A DNA stretch of 64,000 nt from an uncultured Bdellovibrionales bacterium (GTDB lineage: Bacteria; Bdellovibrionota_G; JALEGL01; JAGRMV01), in the NCBI GenBank assembly GCA_964497185.1, contig CAZCBX010000006.1:49904-113903 (forward strand), given 5' to 3'. Both the position numbers and the translations under genes were made by a program. Positions within the stretch are counted from its first letter, which is position 1. Each line of letters opens with the position of its first letter. Under the pieces are notes generated by a model. It had not been told where the DNA came from and did no database searches. It saw only the letters and a program-made list of their open reading frames with translations. Below, piece after piece: positions 29,674 through 40,802 of the stretch.

Positions 29674-30714
29674 ATGAGTGATTGCTGCCCACCCGCCCAA
29701 AGCAAAAAAAAGCTAGACGTCCTTCTTTGGGGCAGTGTAGCGCTGGTTGCCGCAGGCTTTTGCATCCATTTTTTTGGCCCCGCTTCTGCACCCGATGCTT
29801 TACAAACTTACGGCCATGCCACCGTAGAGCTCATGAAAAAAATGTGGTTGGGGCTGGTGCTGGGCATCCTTGTGGTGGGATTGCTCACAGGCATACCAAG
29901 AGACTTTGTGGTTGCCATACTGGGAAAACCGGGCAGCACCCAAGGTATTCTAAGAGCCACAGCTGCAGGCTTGCTACTGGACTTGTGCAGCCATGGCATC
30001 TTGCTGGTGGGACTCAAACTTTATGAACGGGGAGCAAGCCTGGGCCAAATGATGGCTTTTTTGATTGCCAGCCCGTGGAATTCACTCAGCTTAACCATCA
30101 TTTTAATCTCTTTGATTGGTCCGATGTACACCCTCATTTTTATTGTGGGCAGCGCCATCATTGCCATTGTCTCTGGCCTTTTGTTCGATCGCCTGGTTCG
30201 ACATGAAATTTTGCCGCCTAATGAGAATCAACAAGCGATACCCGAAGACTTTTCTTTTTGGCGACAAGCCAAACAAGGTTTAAAACAAACCCAATTCAAC
30301 GCTTCGTTTTTTAAAAATGTGGCCATTGAGGGCTTAAGAGATTCTCGGATGATTCTCCGTTGGATCTTTTTTGGCGTGGTGGCTGCCAGCGCCATTCGCG
30401 CGTTTGTGCCTGTGGACACCTTTGCCCAGTGGTTTGGCCCCTCAATCGGCGGCCTTGCCCTCACCCTGGTTTTTGCCACCATCATTGAAGTATGCAGTGA
30501 AGGCTCCACCCCCATTGCAGCCGACCTGGTTACCCGTGCGGGCGCTGTGGGCAATGGTTTTACCTTTTTAATGGCGGGCGTATCCACCGACTACACCGAA
30601 ATCATGGGCATCAAAGAACGAACCGGCTCATGGAAAATTGCTCTTTTTCTACCCTTGGTCACTTTGCCGCAAGTTGTTTTAGTCGGTTGGTTGCTCAACC
30701 ATCTGTATAGTTGA
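29674..30714 (+). CDS. Permease, ArsP/DUF318 family
   Basis: MSDCC N-terminus, LDLCSHG, GASLG..MAFLIASP, IEVCSEG. Confidence 0.85.
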   Translation: MSDCCPPAQSKKKLDVLLWGSVALVAAGFCIHFFGPASAPDALQTYGHATVELMKKMWLGLVLGILVVGLLTGIPRDFVVAILGKPGSTQGILRATAAGLLLDLCSHGILLVGLKLYERGASLGQMMAFLIASPWNSLSLTIILISLIGPMYTLIFIVGSAIIAIVSGLLFDRLVRHEILPPNENQQAIPEDFSFWRQAKQGLKQTQFNASFFKNVAIEGLRDSRMILRWIFFGVVAASAIRAFVPVDTFAQWFGPSIGGLALTLVFATIIEVCSEGSTPIAADLVTRAGAVGNGFTFLMAGVSTDYTEIMGIKERTGSWKIALFLPLVTLPQVVLVGWLLNHLYS

Positions 30715-31299
30715 TTTCTGGAACACCAGATGAAATATGGGGTCGCCGCGGGTTAGGTATTTTTGTTCAAAGTGGGTGCGTGGGGCAAAGGGCATGGTGT
30801 CCCGAAACACTTCATCGACTTGCACTTCCAGCGCCCATTGTTTCTCCATGTAATGCTTGGCTTCTTCTGCGTAAAACGGCATGTTGGTGGCCAGCACAAG
30901 GGTTCCACTCGGCTTTAAACACGCCAACATTCGATGCATCAGCGGCATACGATGCCATCGTTTGTTGGCCTGACCCTCTTTTGGATAAGGGTTGGGATAA
31001 AGCAAAAAGATTTGTTGTAAGCTTTGCGCTGGCACGCTGTGCACCAAAAATCGATCGGCGTCTTCCCGCACCACCGACAAATTGGTCAACGGGGATTGTT
31101 GTTGAAGGGCTAAGCGCATTTTTTCCAGCCGCACTGCCGAGCGATCCAGCGCAATGATATGACGGTCTGGATGCGCTTTGGCATAGGCGATGGGATGCAT
31201 GCCCACCCCACAGCCAATTTCTAAATCGACGCGATCGGCTTGTGGCCAAGCAAATGGTTTGCGGGGCGGTGGCACTTTATCCGATTGAAACTTGCGCAT
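30679..31299 (-). CDS. TrmB-like SAM-dependent methyltransferase (tRNA m7G46 family)
   Basis: DLEIGCGVG motif I, YPNPYPK, RTHFEQKY; canonical FPDPW is altered. Confidence 0.75.
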   Translation of the reverse strand: MRKFQSDKVPPPRKPFAWPQADRVDLEIGCGVGMHPIAYAKAHPDRHIIALDRSAVRLEKMRLALQQQSPLTNLSVVREDADRFLVHSVPAQSLQQIFLLYPNPYPKEGQANKRWHRMPLMHRMLACLKPSGTLVLATNMPFYAEEAKHYMEKQWALEVQVDEVFRDTMPFAPRTHFEQKYLTRGDPIFHLVFQKSTIQMVEQPTD

Positions 31300-31343
31300 G
31301 GGCTTGCTTGTACCTTGAAGGTTTTCCATATACAAGCGATGGC

Positions 31344-31982
31344 ATGAAATATGATGGACTGATTTTTGACCTCGATGGTACCTTTTGGAACACCTGCCAA
31401 GCCTGTGCCGATACATGGAACTGCGTGCTTCGCGAACAAAACATCGATTACCGAAATATTACCATTGACGATATGCAAGGCATTATGGGCAAAACCCACG
31501 ATGAAATTCAAAGCATGTTTTTTGCAGATATGCCAACTGACCAAGCCCGTGCCTTGATGCACGATATTCTCCAGCGCGAAAATGAGTTTATACTCGAAGG
31601 CGGATGGCATCTTTATGAAAACGTGGAAGCCGGTTTGGCCCAGCTGGCCCAAAAGTATCCCTTGTTTGTGGTAAGCAATTGTCAGGAAGGGTACCTTCAA
31701 AGCTTTAATCAAGTCACAGGCTTGGTCGATCGTTGCATTCAAGATTATGAATACATTGGCCGCACCGGAAAGCCCAAAGCTCAAAACATCCAGGCCATTG
31801 TTGATCGAAACAACCTGACTTGTCCTATATATATAGGCGATACAGAAGGCGATTACCAAGCCGCCCTCCAAGCAGGCATCGATTTCGCGCATGTCAGTTA
31901 CGGCTTCGGCCAAGCAAGCAACGCCACCCTGGTATTTGAAAGCTTCACACAGCTAACCCACCACTTTGCCCCCTCCCAATAA
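31344..31982 (+). CDS. HAD family hydrolase
   Basis: IFDLDGT, VVSNC, YIGDTEGD. Confidence 0.92.
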   Translation: MKYDGLIFDLDGTFWNTCQACADTWNCVLREQNIDYRNITIDDMQGIMGKTHDEIQSMFFADMPTDQARALMHDILQRENEFILEGGWHLYENVEAGLAQLAQKYPLFVVSNCQEGYLQSFNQVTGLVDRCIQDYEYIGRTGKPKAQNIQAIVDRNNLTCPIYIGDTEGDYQAALQAGIDFAHVSYGFGQASNATLVFESFTQLTHHFAPSQ

Positions 31983-32048
31983 AAAAACAAACGCCCATGG
32001 CGTTTGCCTTATAATTCACTCAGAACCACAGCAAACTTTGTAGCGCCA

Positions 32049-32116
32049 GCTCGAGGGGGTCCCTCTGTGCGTCTCCGCAGCGCAGCGAGGACTAGCACAG
32101 AGGGACCCCCTCGAGC
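32049..32116. repeat. Perfect 22-bp-arm palindrome upstream of the ACIII operon
   Basis: GCTCGAGGGGGTCCCTCTGTGC-24 nt-GCACAGAGGGACCCCCTCGAGC. Confidence 0.9.
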
Positions 32117-32253
32117 CCCACGATAAAAAAACAACCTCTTTAAAGCGCAAAAAAGCACAAATTTCACCTCCACTACCATTGCTTTTTCTGCAAAAAGGGG
32201 TAAATAGGGGGCGGATTTTTAAAAGAAGTCTTTTTGAGGATGGAGTTTACATT

Positions 32254-32901
32254 TTGAGTCAGATTTTTCCTAAAAAAGTCAACAAGTTGTTGCCTTTGAT
32301 CGTCGTAGGTAAGGTGCTGGGCATTACCTTTGCCATTCTATTTGTTTGGTATTACTTTTCTCCAAAATACACCGACGTTGGTTACCGCCCCACTCAACCC
32401 ATTGAATACAGTCACAAACTCCACGCGGGCGATTTGGGGATTGATTGCCGATATTGCCACACTGGGGTTGAAAACGGCCGTTATGCCCAAGTACCCCCCA
32501 CCCAAGTGTGTATGAACTGCCACAACATGATTGGCAAAGACAACAAAAAACTCGAAGCCTTGCGTGAAAGCTGGGAGACCAACACGCCCATTCAATGGGT
32601 TCGCGTTCACGATTTGGCCGACTATGCTTACTTTAACCACGCCGCCCACATTCGCGCGCAAATTGGTTGTGAGAGCTGCCATGGCAACGTAACCAAAATG
32701 GAAAAAGTCATGCGCGTGGAGCCTTTGAGCATGAGTTGGTGTTTGGACTGTCACCGAAATCCCACGCCACACATTCGCCCTGCCAACATGATTACAAGCT
32801 TTGATTGGCATCCATCTGAAAATCAACTCCGCGATGCGCAAAAAGTGATGGTGGAAAAAAACATTAACCCCAAAGTCGAATGTTCGGTTTGTCACCGTTA
32901 G
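32254..32901 (+). CDS. actA: Alternative complex III pentaheme cytochrome c subunit
   Basis: One TM and five CxxCH motifs (CRYCH, CMNCH, CESCH, CLDCH, CSVCH); QPIEYSHKLHAG; TTG start after GGAG. Confidence 0.92.
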   Translation: MSQIFPKKVNKLLPLIVVGKVLGITFAILFVWYYFSPKYTDVGYRPTQPIEYSHKLHAGDLGIDCRYCHTGVENGRYAQVPPTQVCMNCHNMIGKDNKKLEALRESWETNTPIQWVRVHDLADYAYFNHAAHIRAQIGCESCHGNVTKMEKVMRVEPLSMSWCLDCHRNPTPHIRPANMITSFDWHPSENQLRDAQKVMVEKNINPKVECSVCHR

Positions 32902-32934
32902 ATCTATATCTATATGAGGGAAGGTAGATTCAAG

Positions 32935-35877
32935 ATGAGCTCAAATAAAACCACCACAGATTCAAAAAACACGTACTGGCGCAGCCTAGATCAAAAAAAT
33001 CACACGCCTGCCTATCAACAGTTTGTTGAAAGAGAGTTTCCAGAAGGTGCCGAACAAATGGCCAATCCGGTCACGCGTCGCAATTTTATGAAAATTATGG
33101 GTGCTTCTGCCGGGCTTGCTGGCCTAACGGCATGCCGCATGCCCAAAGAAGACATTGTACCTTTTGTCAAAGCACCGGAAAACGTCACGCCGGGCAAAGC
33201 CAAATTCTACGCCACCAGCATGAACATGGATGGTCATGCATTGGCATTGCTGGCACAAAGCACCGATGGCCGTCCCACCAAGATCGAAGGCAACGACATG
33301 CACCCTTCCTCCAACGGGGGCGCACACGCATGGGCTCAAGCATCGGTATTGGGCCTCTACGACCAAGACCGACATCGTGTCGTCACGGAGCAAACCGCAC
33401 CCAAGAAGTGGAGTGAGTTTGAAACGGCATGGCGCAGCCTGGCCGCACAACACAAAGAAGACAAAGGTTTGGGCTTGGCCGTCATTTCAGGTCAATTTAA
33501 TTCTCCAACCTTTGATCGCTTGCAAAAAGAATTCATGGCGATGTATCCCAAAGCCACCTGGGTTACCAGTGGTGGTGCATACACCCGACCCGCTTTGGTT
33601 CAAAGCCGTCTCAATTTAAAAGAAGCCGATGTCATCGTATCGTTTGATCACGATTTCTTGGGCACTGACTTAGACAAAGTTCGCAACACCAAAGATTATG
33701 CGGCCAAAAGAAAAGTGCATCAACCCAAAGACACCATGAACCGTCTGTATCAAGTTGAAGCAGGATACACTTTGACAGGCGCCAACGCCGACCATCGTTT
33801 GGCGGTGGATGCCAGCCAGATCAAAGAAGTGCTCAAACGCTTGTATCAACTATTGTCTGCGTCGGTATCCATGCCGGCTTTAAAATCCACCACCGACAAC
33901 CAGCATGACCACTGGTTAAAAGCCGTTGCCAAAGACCTATTAAAAAACAAAGGTCGAAGTGTCGTTACCGCTGATTTGGACCGCGGTGATACTGAAACCT
34001 ACCGTCTGATTGCGCAAATCAACCGCGCTTTGGGCAACAGCGACCAAACCATATCTTTTTATGACAACCGCGAGGCAGTTGAGGCATTCACCAACGCCGC
34101 CAAACAGTGGAAAACCAAGAAGCAAAACAAACAACTTAAAACAGTGGTTGTATTGGGCGACAACCCCATTTACACATTTCCAGCGCAGTGGGATATGGCC
34201 AACACGTTGGATCAAACCACCACGGTCATCGTGGCCAACCAAGGTCCAACCGAAACCAGCGCAAAAGCTTCATGGACCCTGCCTCTTTCTCATTATTTGG
34301 AAAGCTGGGGTGACCATTACAGCCCAGAAGGACAACAAACACTGGTGCAACCATTGATTCGTCCGCTATTTGACTCTAAATCGCACATTGAAATTCTTCG
34401 AATTTTGACCCACCTCTCTCCCATGAGCGGATATGAGCTGGTTCAAGACACCCATAAAAATGTGGATTGGAACCAAGCGCTGCACCGTGGTTTTATTCGT
34501 CAGAAAGAACGACGCAGCTTGGGGACCAATGTTTTGTCTTTGGGCAGCGCCTCAGCGGCCAAAACTGCGCCCTCTGGCATTGAAGTTGAATTTAAAGTTT
34601 CACCTTCGGTGTACGATGGTCGCTTTGCCAACAACGGTTGGCTGCAAGAATTGCCCCACCCCATCACCAAAATTGCTTGGGACAACCCCGCCATGATAAG
34701 CCCCGCTTTGGCCAAAGAAAAAGGGTTAAGCAACGGCCAGATGATCGAATTAAGCAAAGATGGTCAAACCATTTCGCTTCCAGTGTGGATCGTACCGGGT
34801 CAAGCCAAGAACACCATTACAGTGGAATTTGGCTATGGACGAAACGTCTGCGGAAACATTGGCCACAACGTTGGGTACAATGTTTATCCGCTGCGCTCCG
34901 AATACAGCCAAACTTTGGCTACGGGCGTAACACTTAACGCATTGGCCACGTCAGTTGATTTGGCCACCACTCAGGATCATGGCACGATGGAAGGTCGTCC
35001 CATTGTCCGCGAAGCCACGTTAAGCGAGTTTCGACAACATCCCGAATTTGCCAAAGAAATGGTGGAGCATCCTCCATTGAAATCACTTTGGAAAGAACAT
35101 GACTATTCAACAGGTTATCAATGGGGCATGGTCATTGATCTGAATGCCTGCACGGGTTGCAATGCATGTGTGATTTCTTGCCAAAGTGAAAACAACATTC
35201 CGATCGTGGGCAAAGAACAGGTGAAGCTGGGCCGTGAAATGCATTGGATGCGCATGGACCGCTACTTCAGCGGTGATGAAGAAGACCCCATGGTGGTCTT
35301 TCAACCCATGGCCTGTGTACACTGTGAAAACGCCCCCTGTGAGCAAGTTTGTCCAGTCAATGCGACCGTTCATGATGATGAAGGTTTAAACGTGATGGTA
35401 TACAACCGCTGCATTGGTACACGTTACTGTTCCAACAACTGTCCGTACAAAGTGCGAAGATTTAATTTCTTTAACTATGTGAAAGAATCTCCACTCAACA
35501 CCAAGAAAAATCCCTTGGTGCAGATGGCCCATAACCCTGAAGTCAGTGTTCGTTTCCGTGGGGTGATGGAAAAATGTACTTATTGTACTCAGCGTATTGA
35601 AACTGCACGCAGCAAAGCCAAGGTGGACAACCGCAGCATCGCCGATGGCGACATTGTGACCGCTTGTCAACAAGCGTGTCCTGCCGATGCGATTGTGTTT
35701 GGCAATATCAACGATCCCGATAGTCAGGTGAGCAAACTTAAAAAGCTTAACCACGATTATGCATTGTTGGCAGAGCTAAACAATCAACCTCGAACCACTT
35801 TCTTGGCCAAGCTTCGCAACCCTAACCCAGAATTGGTCACAAAGACAAAAACCCAAGCTCATGGGAGCCACGCATGA
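32935..35877 (+). CDS. actB: Alternative complex III ActB (molybdopterin-oxidoreductase-like domain plus Fe-S domain)
   Basis: YWRSL, Tat motif [45 protein letters not shown]. Confidence 0.95.
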   Translation: MSSNKTTTDSKNTYWRSLDQKNHTPAYQQFVEREFPEGAEQMANPVTRRNFMKIMGASAGLAGLTACRMPKEDIVPFVKAPENVTPGKAKFYATSMNMDGHALALLAQSTDGRPTKIEGNDMHPSSNGGAHAWAQASVLGLYDQDRHRVVTEQTAPKKWSEFETAWRSLAAQHKEDKGLGLAVISGQFNSPTFDRLQKEFMAMYPKATWVTSGGAYTRPALVQSRLNLKEADVIVSFDHDFLGTDLDKVRNTKDYAAKRKVHQPKDTMNRLYQVEAGYTLTGANADHRLAVDASQIKEVLKRLYQLLSASVSMPALKSTTDNQHDHWLKAVAKDLLKNKGRSVVTADLDRGDTETYRLIAQINRALGNSDQTISFYDNREAVEAFTNAAKQWKTKKQNKQLKTVVVLGDNPIYTFPAQWDMANTLDQTTTVIVANQGPTETSAKASWTLPLSHYLESWGDHYSPEGQQTLVQPLIRPLFDSKSHIEILRILTHLSPMSGYELVQDTHKNVDWNQALHRGFIRQKERRSLGTNVLSLGSASAAKTAPSGIEVEFKVSPSVYDGRFANNGWLQELPHPITKIAWDNPAMISPALAKEKGLSNGQMIELSKDGQTISLPVWIVPGQAKNTITVEFGYGRNVCGNIGHNVGYNVYPLRSEYSQTLATGVTLNALATSVDLATTQDHGTMEGRPIVREATLSEFRQHPEFAKEMVEHPPLKSLWKEHDYSTGYQWGMVIDLNACTGCNACVISCQSENNIPIVGKEQVKLGREMHWMRMDRYFSGDEEDPMVVFQPMACVHCENAPCEQVCPVNATVHDDEGLNVMVYNRCIGTRYCSNNCPYKVRRFNFFNYVKESPLNTKKNPLVQMAHNPEVSVRFRGVMEKCTYCTQRIETARSKAKVDNRSIADGDIVTACQQACPADAIVFGNINDPDSQVSKLKKLNHDYALLAELNNQPRTTFLAKLRNPNPELVTKTKTQAHGSHA

Positions 35878-37268
35878 ATCAACATCCATTAGCCACCAAA
35901 CAACCCGCGCAGCCCGACCTGATTGAAGGCAATCCTTCGTTTGGCTGGATCACTGAAAAAATCTCCAGCATCACCGAAACATGGCGTGTGCCCAGTCCAA
36001 AAATATGGCTGCTGGGTTTTATGACCGCCCTTTCTCTGCTGATGCTATTGGGGGGATCCGTTGGGTACCTATTTTGGCGTGGTATTGGTATTTGGGGTGT
36101 GCAAATTCCAAATGCGTGGGGTTGGGCCATTATCAACTTTGTATTTTGGGTCGGGATCGGTCACGCAGGCACGCTGATCTCTGCGATCTTATTTTTGTTT
36201 CGACAAAAGTGGCGTACAAGTATCAACCGTGCAGCGGAAGCCATGACCATTTTTGCGGTTATGGCCGCGCTTGTTTTTCCAACCATCCACGTTGGACGTG
36301 TATGGGTCATTTATTGGACCCTACCGCTTCCAAACCAAATGGAAATGTGGCCTAACTTCCGCAGTCCACTGCTTTGGGACGTATTTGCGGTGAGCACCTA
36401 CTTCACGGTTTCATTGTTGTTTTGGTATGTGGGGTTGATTCCCGACATCGCCTCACTGCGTGACCGCGCCAAAGGCCGCGTGCGCAAAATCGTTACAGGC
36501 ATTTTCTCATTGGGCTGGCGCGGTGCCAACCGCCAATGGCAACACTATGAAAAAGCCTATTTGATTTTGGCCGGTATTGCCACGCCGCTTGTTTTATCGG
36601 TTCACTCGGTGGTTTCTTTCGACTTTGCTGTATCTCAAGTGATGGGATGGCACACCACCATCTTCCCGCCCTACTTTGTGGCTGGCGCGATCTTTTCTGG
36701 TTTTGCCATGGTTATGACCTTGATGATCATTGTCCGCAAAGCATATGGCATTGAAAACATCATCACCATGGGCCACCTGGATAAAATTGCCAAAGTGCTT
36801 TTGGCCACAGGTCTTATGGTGGGTTATGCCTACACCATCGAGTATTTCACTGCGTGGTATAGCGGCAACCCCTACGAAGCATTTATTTTTAAAGCACGTG
36901 CAGGCGGCATGTATGCGTGGGCCTATTGGATTATGTTTAGCTGCAACGTATTTGTGCCCCAAATTTTTTGGTTTAAAAAGATGCGATCCAATTTAACGGT
37001 GATGTTTATTGTTTCCATTTTGGTCAACGTGGGCATGTGGTTTGAGCGATTTGTCATCACGGTTACGTCACTGTCTCAAGATTACCTTCCTTCTAGCTGG
37101 GACTACTTTAGCCCCACCATTTGGGATGTAACCACGTTTTTAGGCACCTTTGGCCTTTTCTTCACCATGTTTATGTTGTTTTTAAAATTTGTACCCATGG
37201 TTGCGGTTTCAGAAGTCAAAGCTGTTTTGCCGCAAGCAGACCCTCACCACGGAGACCATCATGAGTAA
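35874..37268 (+). CDS. actC: Alternative complex III ActC (NrfD family)
   Basis: [49 protein letters not shown]. Confidence 0.96.
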   Translation: MNQHPLATKQPAQPDLIEGNPSFGWITEKISSITETWRVPSPKIWLLGFMTALSLLMLLGGSVGYLFWRGIGIWGVQIPNAWGWAIINFVFWVGIGHAGTLISAILFLFRQKWRTSINRAAEAMTIFAVMAALVFPTIHVGRVWVIYWTLPLPNQMEMWPNFRSPLLWDVFAVSTYFTVSLLFWYVGLIPDIASLRDRAKGRVRKIVTGIFSLGWRGANRQWQHYEKAYLILAGIATPLVLSVHSVVSFDFAVSQVMGWHTTIFPPYFVAGAIFSGFAMVMTLMIIVRKAYGIENIITMGHLDKIAKVLLATGLMVGYAYTIEYFTAWYSGNPYEAFIFKARAGGMYAWAYWIMFSCNVFVPQIFWFKKMRSNLTVMFIVSILVNVGMWFERFVITVTSLSQDYLPSSWDYFSPTIWDVTTFLGTFGLFFTMFMLFLKFVPMVAVSEVKAVLPQADPHHGDHHE

Positions 37269-37800
37269 GTCATACGCATTGGTTGCATATTTCAATACGC
37301 CCAAAGAGCTGCTGCACGCGGCCAAAAAAACCAAAAATACGGGCTTTAAAAAATTTGATACCTATTCACCCTTTCCCATCCATGGAATGGACGATGCCAT
37401 GGGGTTGAAACCCTCAAAAATTGGGATCATTGCCGCCATCGGCGCGTTATGCCTGGGGTCATTTGCGATGTTTTTTCAATATTGGACATCGGCTGTTGAC
37501 TATCCTTTGGTGCTTTCGGGCAAAGAATATTTTAGTTACCAAGCGTTTGTGCCCATTACTTTTGAGTTATCCATTTTGGGCGCTGCTTTGGCCACCATTT
37601 TAAGCATGTTTGCCTTTAACAAACTGGGTTTTTTGTATCACCCTATTTTTTCTGCCAAAGGCATTGAAGTGGTCACCGATGATGGCTTTGCGCTGGTCAT
37701 TGAAGCCGCCGATCCAACTTTTGATGTGGATAAAACCAAAGCTTTTATGGAAACCCTGTCACCTGTTCGTGTCGAATGGGTAGGAGAAGATCAAGCATGA
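37261..37800 (+). CDS. actD: Alternative complex III ActD (DUF3341)
   Basis: [27 protein letters not shown]. Confidence 0.93.
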   Translation: MSKSYALVAYFNTPKELLHAAKKTKNTGFKKFDTYSPFPIHGMDDAMGLKPSKIGIIAAIGALCLGSFAMFFQYWTSAVDYPLVLSGKEYFSYQAFVPITFELSILGAALATILSMFAFNKLGFLYHPIFSAKGIEVVTDDGFALVIEAADPTFDVDKTKAFMETLSPVRVEWVGEDQA

Positions 37801-38411
37801 AACATTCTGTTGTCCTTACCCTTGGCGCAGTCATTTTAATGACCGGATGCTTCCGAGAGATGCCTACTGAAAAGCCGCCCATTCATTTAAATCAAAACAT
37901 GGATGATCAAGAAAAATTTGAGCCTTACGAAAAAAATACTTTTTTCAGCGACGGGTCCGCCATGCGTATGCCCGTGCCTGGCACCGTGGCCCGCGACGAT
38001 GTAAAGTCAGATACGGCCTTTTATCAAGGCAAAACTGAGTCTGGAAAATTGGTCGATAAAAACCCCCTATCCCTAACCACTGAAGTGATGGAGCGGGGTC
38101 AAGAGCGTTACAATATTTATTGTCGTCCCTGTCATGGATCCGTCGGCGATGGTCAAGGCATTGTTTACTTGCGTGGGCGTGATCAAGGTTTTGTGCCACC
38201 CACCAACTTCCACACCGATTTAATGCGTGGGAAAACCGATGGTCATTTTTATGACGTCATCACCAATGGTGTGCGCAACATGATGCCTTATCGCTATCAA
38301 ATCAATGAAGAAGATCGCTGGGCCATCGTTCACTATGTGCGTGCCCTACAGCGCAGCCAAAACGCGACTGAAAACGATATTCCTGCCTCTATGAAAAACA
38401 AGGTGAAATAA
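37797..38411 (+). CDS. actE: Alternative complex III ActE monoheme cytochrome c lipoprotein
   Basis: Lipobox MTGC, NMDDQ, PVPGTVAR, CRPCH, DRWAIVHYVRALQ. Confidence 0.92.
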   Translation: MKHSVVLTLGAVILMTGCFREMPTEKPPIHLNQNMDDQEKFEPYEKNTFFSDGSAMRMPVPGTVARDDVKSDTAFYQGKTESGKLVDKNPLSLTTEVMERGQERYNIYCRPCHGSVGDGQGIVYLRGRDQGFVPPTNFHTDLMRGKTDGHFYDVITNGVRNMMPYRYQINEEDRWAIVHYVRALQRSQNATENDIPASMKNKVK

Positions 38412-38412
38412 T

Positions 38413-39600
38413 ATGAAACTAGATTCAAAACAAATCATACTCGATAAAGTTCCATTTTTGCTCCGCAATGGGCTCACCATTGGCGTATTGGGCAGCCTTG
38501 CCTGCATTGCAGCGGTGATCATCAACAAAGATCAGTTTTTCTTTTCTTTTTTAACCGCTGGCATGTTTTGGCTTAGCATTCTTTTGGGCGCTTTATTTTA
38601 CACCATGATTCATCATGTGGTTGGCGCACGTTGGAGCATTGTGATCCGCCGGCTGATGGAAAGCATGGCGGCAGCCATTCCTTACTTAGGTCTTTTGCTG
38701 CTCATTGGCATCGTTGTTGGCATTCACAGTCTTTATCACTGGAGCCATGAAGAAGCCGTGGCTGCAGACCATTTGTTGCAACATAAAAGTGCGTACCTTA
38801 ATCAGCCTTTCTTTATTGTTCGTTCTGTTATTTATGTGCTTTGCTGGTCTCTGTTGGCGCGAACCCTTTACAAAAAATCGGTTGCGGGCGATCAAGCATA
38901 CGATTACGCAGACAATAGCAAAAGCCACGCCGTGAGCGCACCAGGGCTTATTCTTTTTGCTTTGACACTCACCTTTGCCGCTTTTGACTGGATGATGAGC
39001 TTGGACCCCCATTGGTACTCCACCATTTTTGGGGTTTATTATTTTGCAGGTTGTGCCATGAGCTTCTTTGCATTTATTTCACTGCTGACCATGATGCTTC
39101 AATCTTGCGGATATTTAGAGGGTGTGGTCACGACGGAACATTACCATGACATGGGCAAACTGATGTTTGCATTTATGTGCTTTTGGACATTCATCGCCTT
39201 TTCACAATATGTGTTGATTTGGTATGGCAACATCCCAGAAGAAACCATTTGGTATGCGCATCGCTGGGAAGGTTCTTGGAAATATGTATCGCTCTTTCTG
39301 GCCATCGGTCACTTTGTCATTCCCTTTATTATGTTGATGCCCCGTGGCTCAAAACGCACCAAAAAAATTCTGGCTGGTTTTGCCATTTGGCTTTTGTTCA
39401 TGCAGTTTGTGGATATGCACTGGCTCATCATGCCCAATTTTCACAAGCATGACTTTCATCTAAGCTGGATCGATCTGGTCACCTGGATTGCCTTGGGTGG
39501 ATTCACCCTTCATTTTATTGTTCGCAAACTTAAAAAGCACCCACTGGTCCCGATCAAAGATCCATTTTTGAAAGAGTCCATTGGCTTTACCAACCACTAA
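38413..39600 (+). CDS. actF: Alternative complex III ActF
   Basis: KSAYLNQPFF, DWMMSLDPHWYSTIFG, HDMGKLMFAF, IWYGNIPEE. Confidence 0.94.
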   Translation: MKLDSKQIILDKVPFLLRNGLTIGVLGSLACIAAVIINKDQFFFSFLTAGMFWLSILLGALFYTMIHHVVGARWSIVIRRLMESMAAAIPYLGLLLLIGIVVGIHSLYHWSHEEAVAADHLLQHKSAYLNQPFFIVRSVIYVLCWSLLARTLYKKSVAGDQAYDYADNSKSHAVSAPGLILFALTLTFAAFDWMMSLDPHWYSTIFGVYYFAGCAMSFFAFISLLTMMLQSCGYLEGVVTTEHYHDMGKLMFAFMCFWTFIAFSQYVLIWYGNIPEETIWYAHRWEGSWKYVSLFLAIGHFVIPFIMLMPRGSKRTKKILAGFAIWLLFMQFVDMHWLIMPNFHKHDFHLSWIDLVTWIALGGFTLHFIVRKLKKHPLVPIKDPFLKESIGFTNH

Positions 39601-39606
39601 GGAGAG

Positions 39607-39924
39607 ATGATTATGAGCGGATTTCACGCAGATGGATACGAAAAGAGCGATGTAGAAGTCAGCAAACTATGGTTGGCCATTGCTTTTCCTACGATTATCA
39701 TTGCCTTGGGTTTGGTGGCTGTCGATCAATTTCAAGTGCTTCTTTTTGAAAAACAATATTACGAACAGGTGTTGGATGTGGAAGAACCCATGGCCAAAGA
39801 GCAGCGCCAAAAAGAAATGCAGACCCTACAAAGCTACGGCGTCTTGGATGCCAAAAAAGGCAAGTATCGCTTGCCCGTCCGCCGCGCAATGGAGCTTATG
39901 GTGCAGGAGCAAAACGAGTTTTAA
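39607..39924 (+). CDS. Small membrane protein, ActG-like
   Basis: GYEKSDV, one TM, LQSYGVLD...YRLPV.RAM; lies between actF and SCO. Confidence 0.7.
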   Translation: MIMSGFHADGYEKSDVEVSKLWLAIAFPTIIIALGLVAVDQFQVLLFEKQYYEQVLDVEEPMAKEQRQKEMQTLQSYGVLDAKKGKYRLPVRRAMELMVQEQNEF

Positions 39925-40802
39925 TGCTTTTTAAGTTTTCATACCGCAAGAAACTTTCTTGCTTAAGCTTGTTTGGTTTTGGGCTGTTGGGCGTGTTGAA
40001 CTCAGCCGATGCGCAAGTCATTGATCATACGCCTGAACGTCTTGAAAAAATCGATACGGTGGATCATTTAGGTGAAAAAATTTCACTCGACTATACGTTT
40101 ATCAATGAAGAAGGCCAAAAAGTACGCCTTGGCGATTACTTTAACCAAGGTCGTCCTGTTATTTTGAATTTGGTTTATTATCGTTGCCCCATGCTCTGCA
40201 CGTTTGTGCTTAATGCAGTGGGCGAAGGGTTGGCCAAGTTGCCAACATGGTCTCCGGACGAGCAATACACTTTGATTACCATTAGCATCAACCCAGAAGA
40301 GACGGCTGAGGTGGCGCAAGCCAAAAAGAGCAATTATGCCAAATTGCTTTACGACCTACCCAGCGTCAATGCCAATGAGCCTGTAAAGTGGCATTTTTGG
40401 GTGTCACCTGATAATCAAGTCAAGAAGCTCGCAGAAGAGTTGGGATTTTCATACTACTATGATGAAGTCATAGAAGAATATGCTCACCCAGCGGTGACAT
40501 ATGTTTTATCGCCCGATGGCACCATGTCTCGCAATCTTTACGGCCTAGATTATGCTGTCAAAGATTTGCGCTTTGCTGTGCTAGAGGCGTCCAAAGGCAA
40601 TGTAGGCAACATTGTCGAAAAAGTTTTGTTGTATTGCTACCGCTATGATGCGGAGCAAGGCAGTTATGTGCTGTTTGCCGTAAATGCTATGAAATTGGGT
40701 GGGTTGTTTACCATTGCCTCACTGGGACTGTTCTTAGGGCTTATGTGGCGCTACGAACGAAAAACATCCGACCAAGACCATCAGGGAGAACACCATGCGT
40801 GA
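39924..40802 (+). CDS. SCO family copper chaperone
   Basis: YYRCPMLC (CxxxC), YAHP, C-terminal TM. Confidence 0.92.
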   Translation: MLFKFSYRKKLSCLSLFGFGLLGVLNSADAQVIDHTPERLEKIDTVDHLGEKISLDYTFINEEGQKVRLGDYFNQGRPVILNLVYYRCPMLCTFVLNAVGEGLAKLPTWSPDEQYTLITISINPEETAEVAQAKKSNYAKLLYDLPSVNANEPVKWHFWVSPDNQVKKLAEELGFSYYYDEVIEEYAHPAVTYVLSPDGTMSRNLYGLDYAVKDLRFAVLEASKGNVGNIVEKVLLYCYRYDAEQGSYVLFAVNAMKLGGLFTIASLGLFLGLMWRYERKTSDQDHQGEHHA

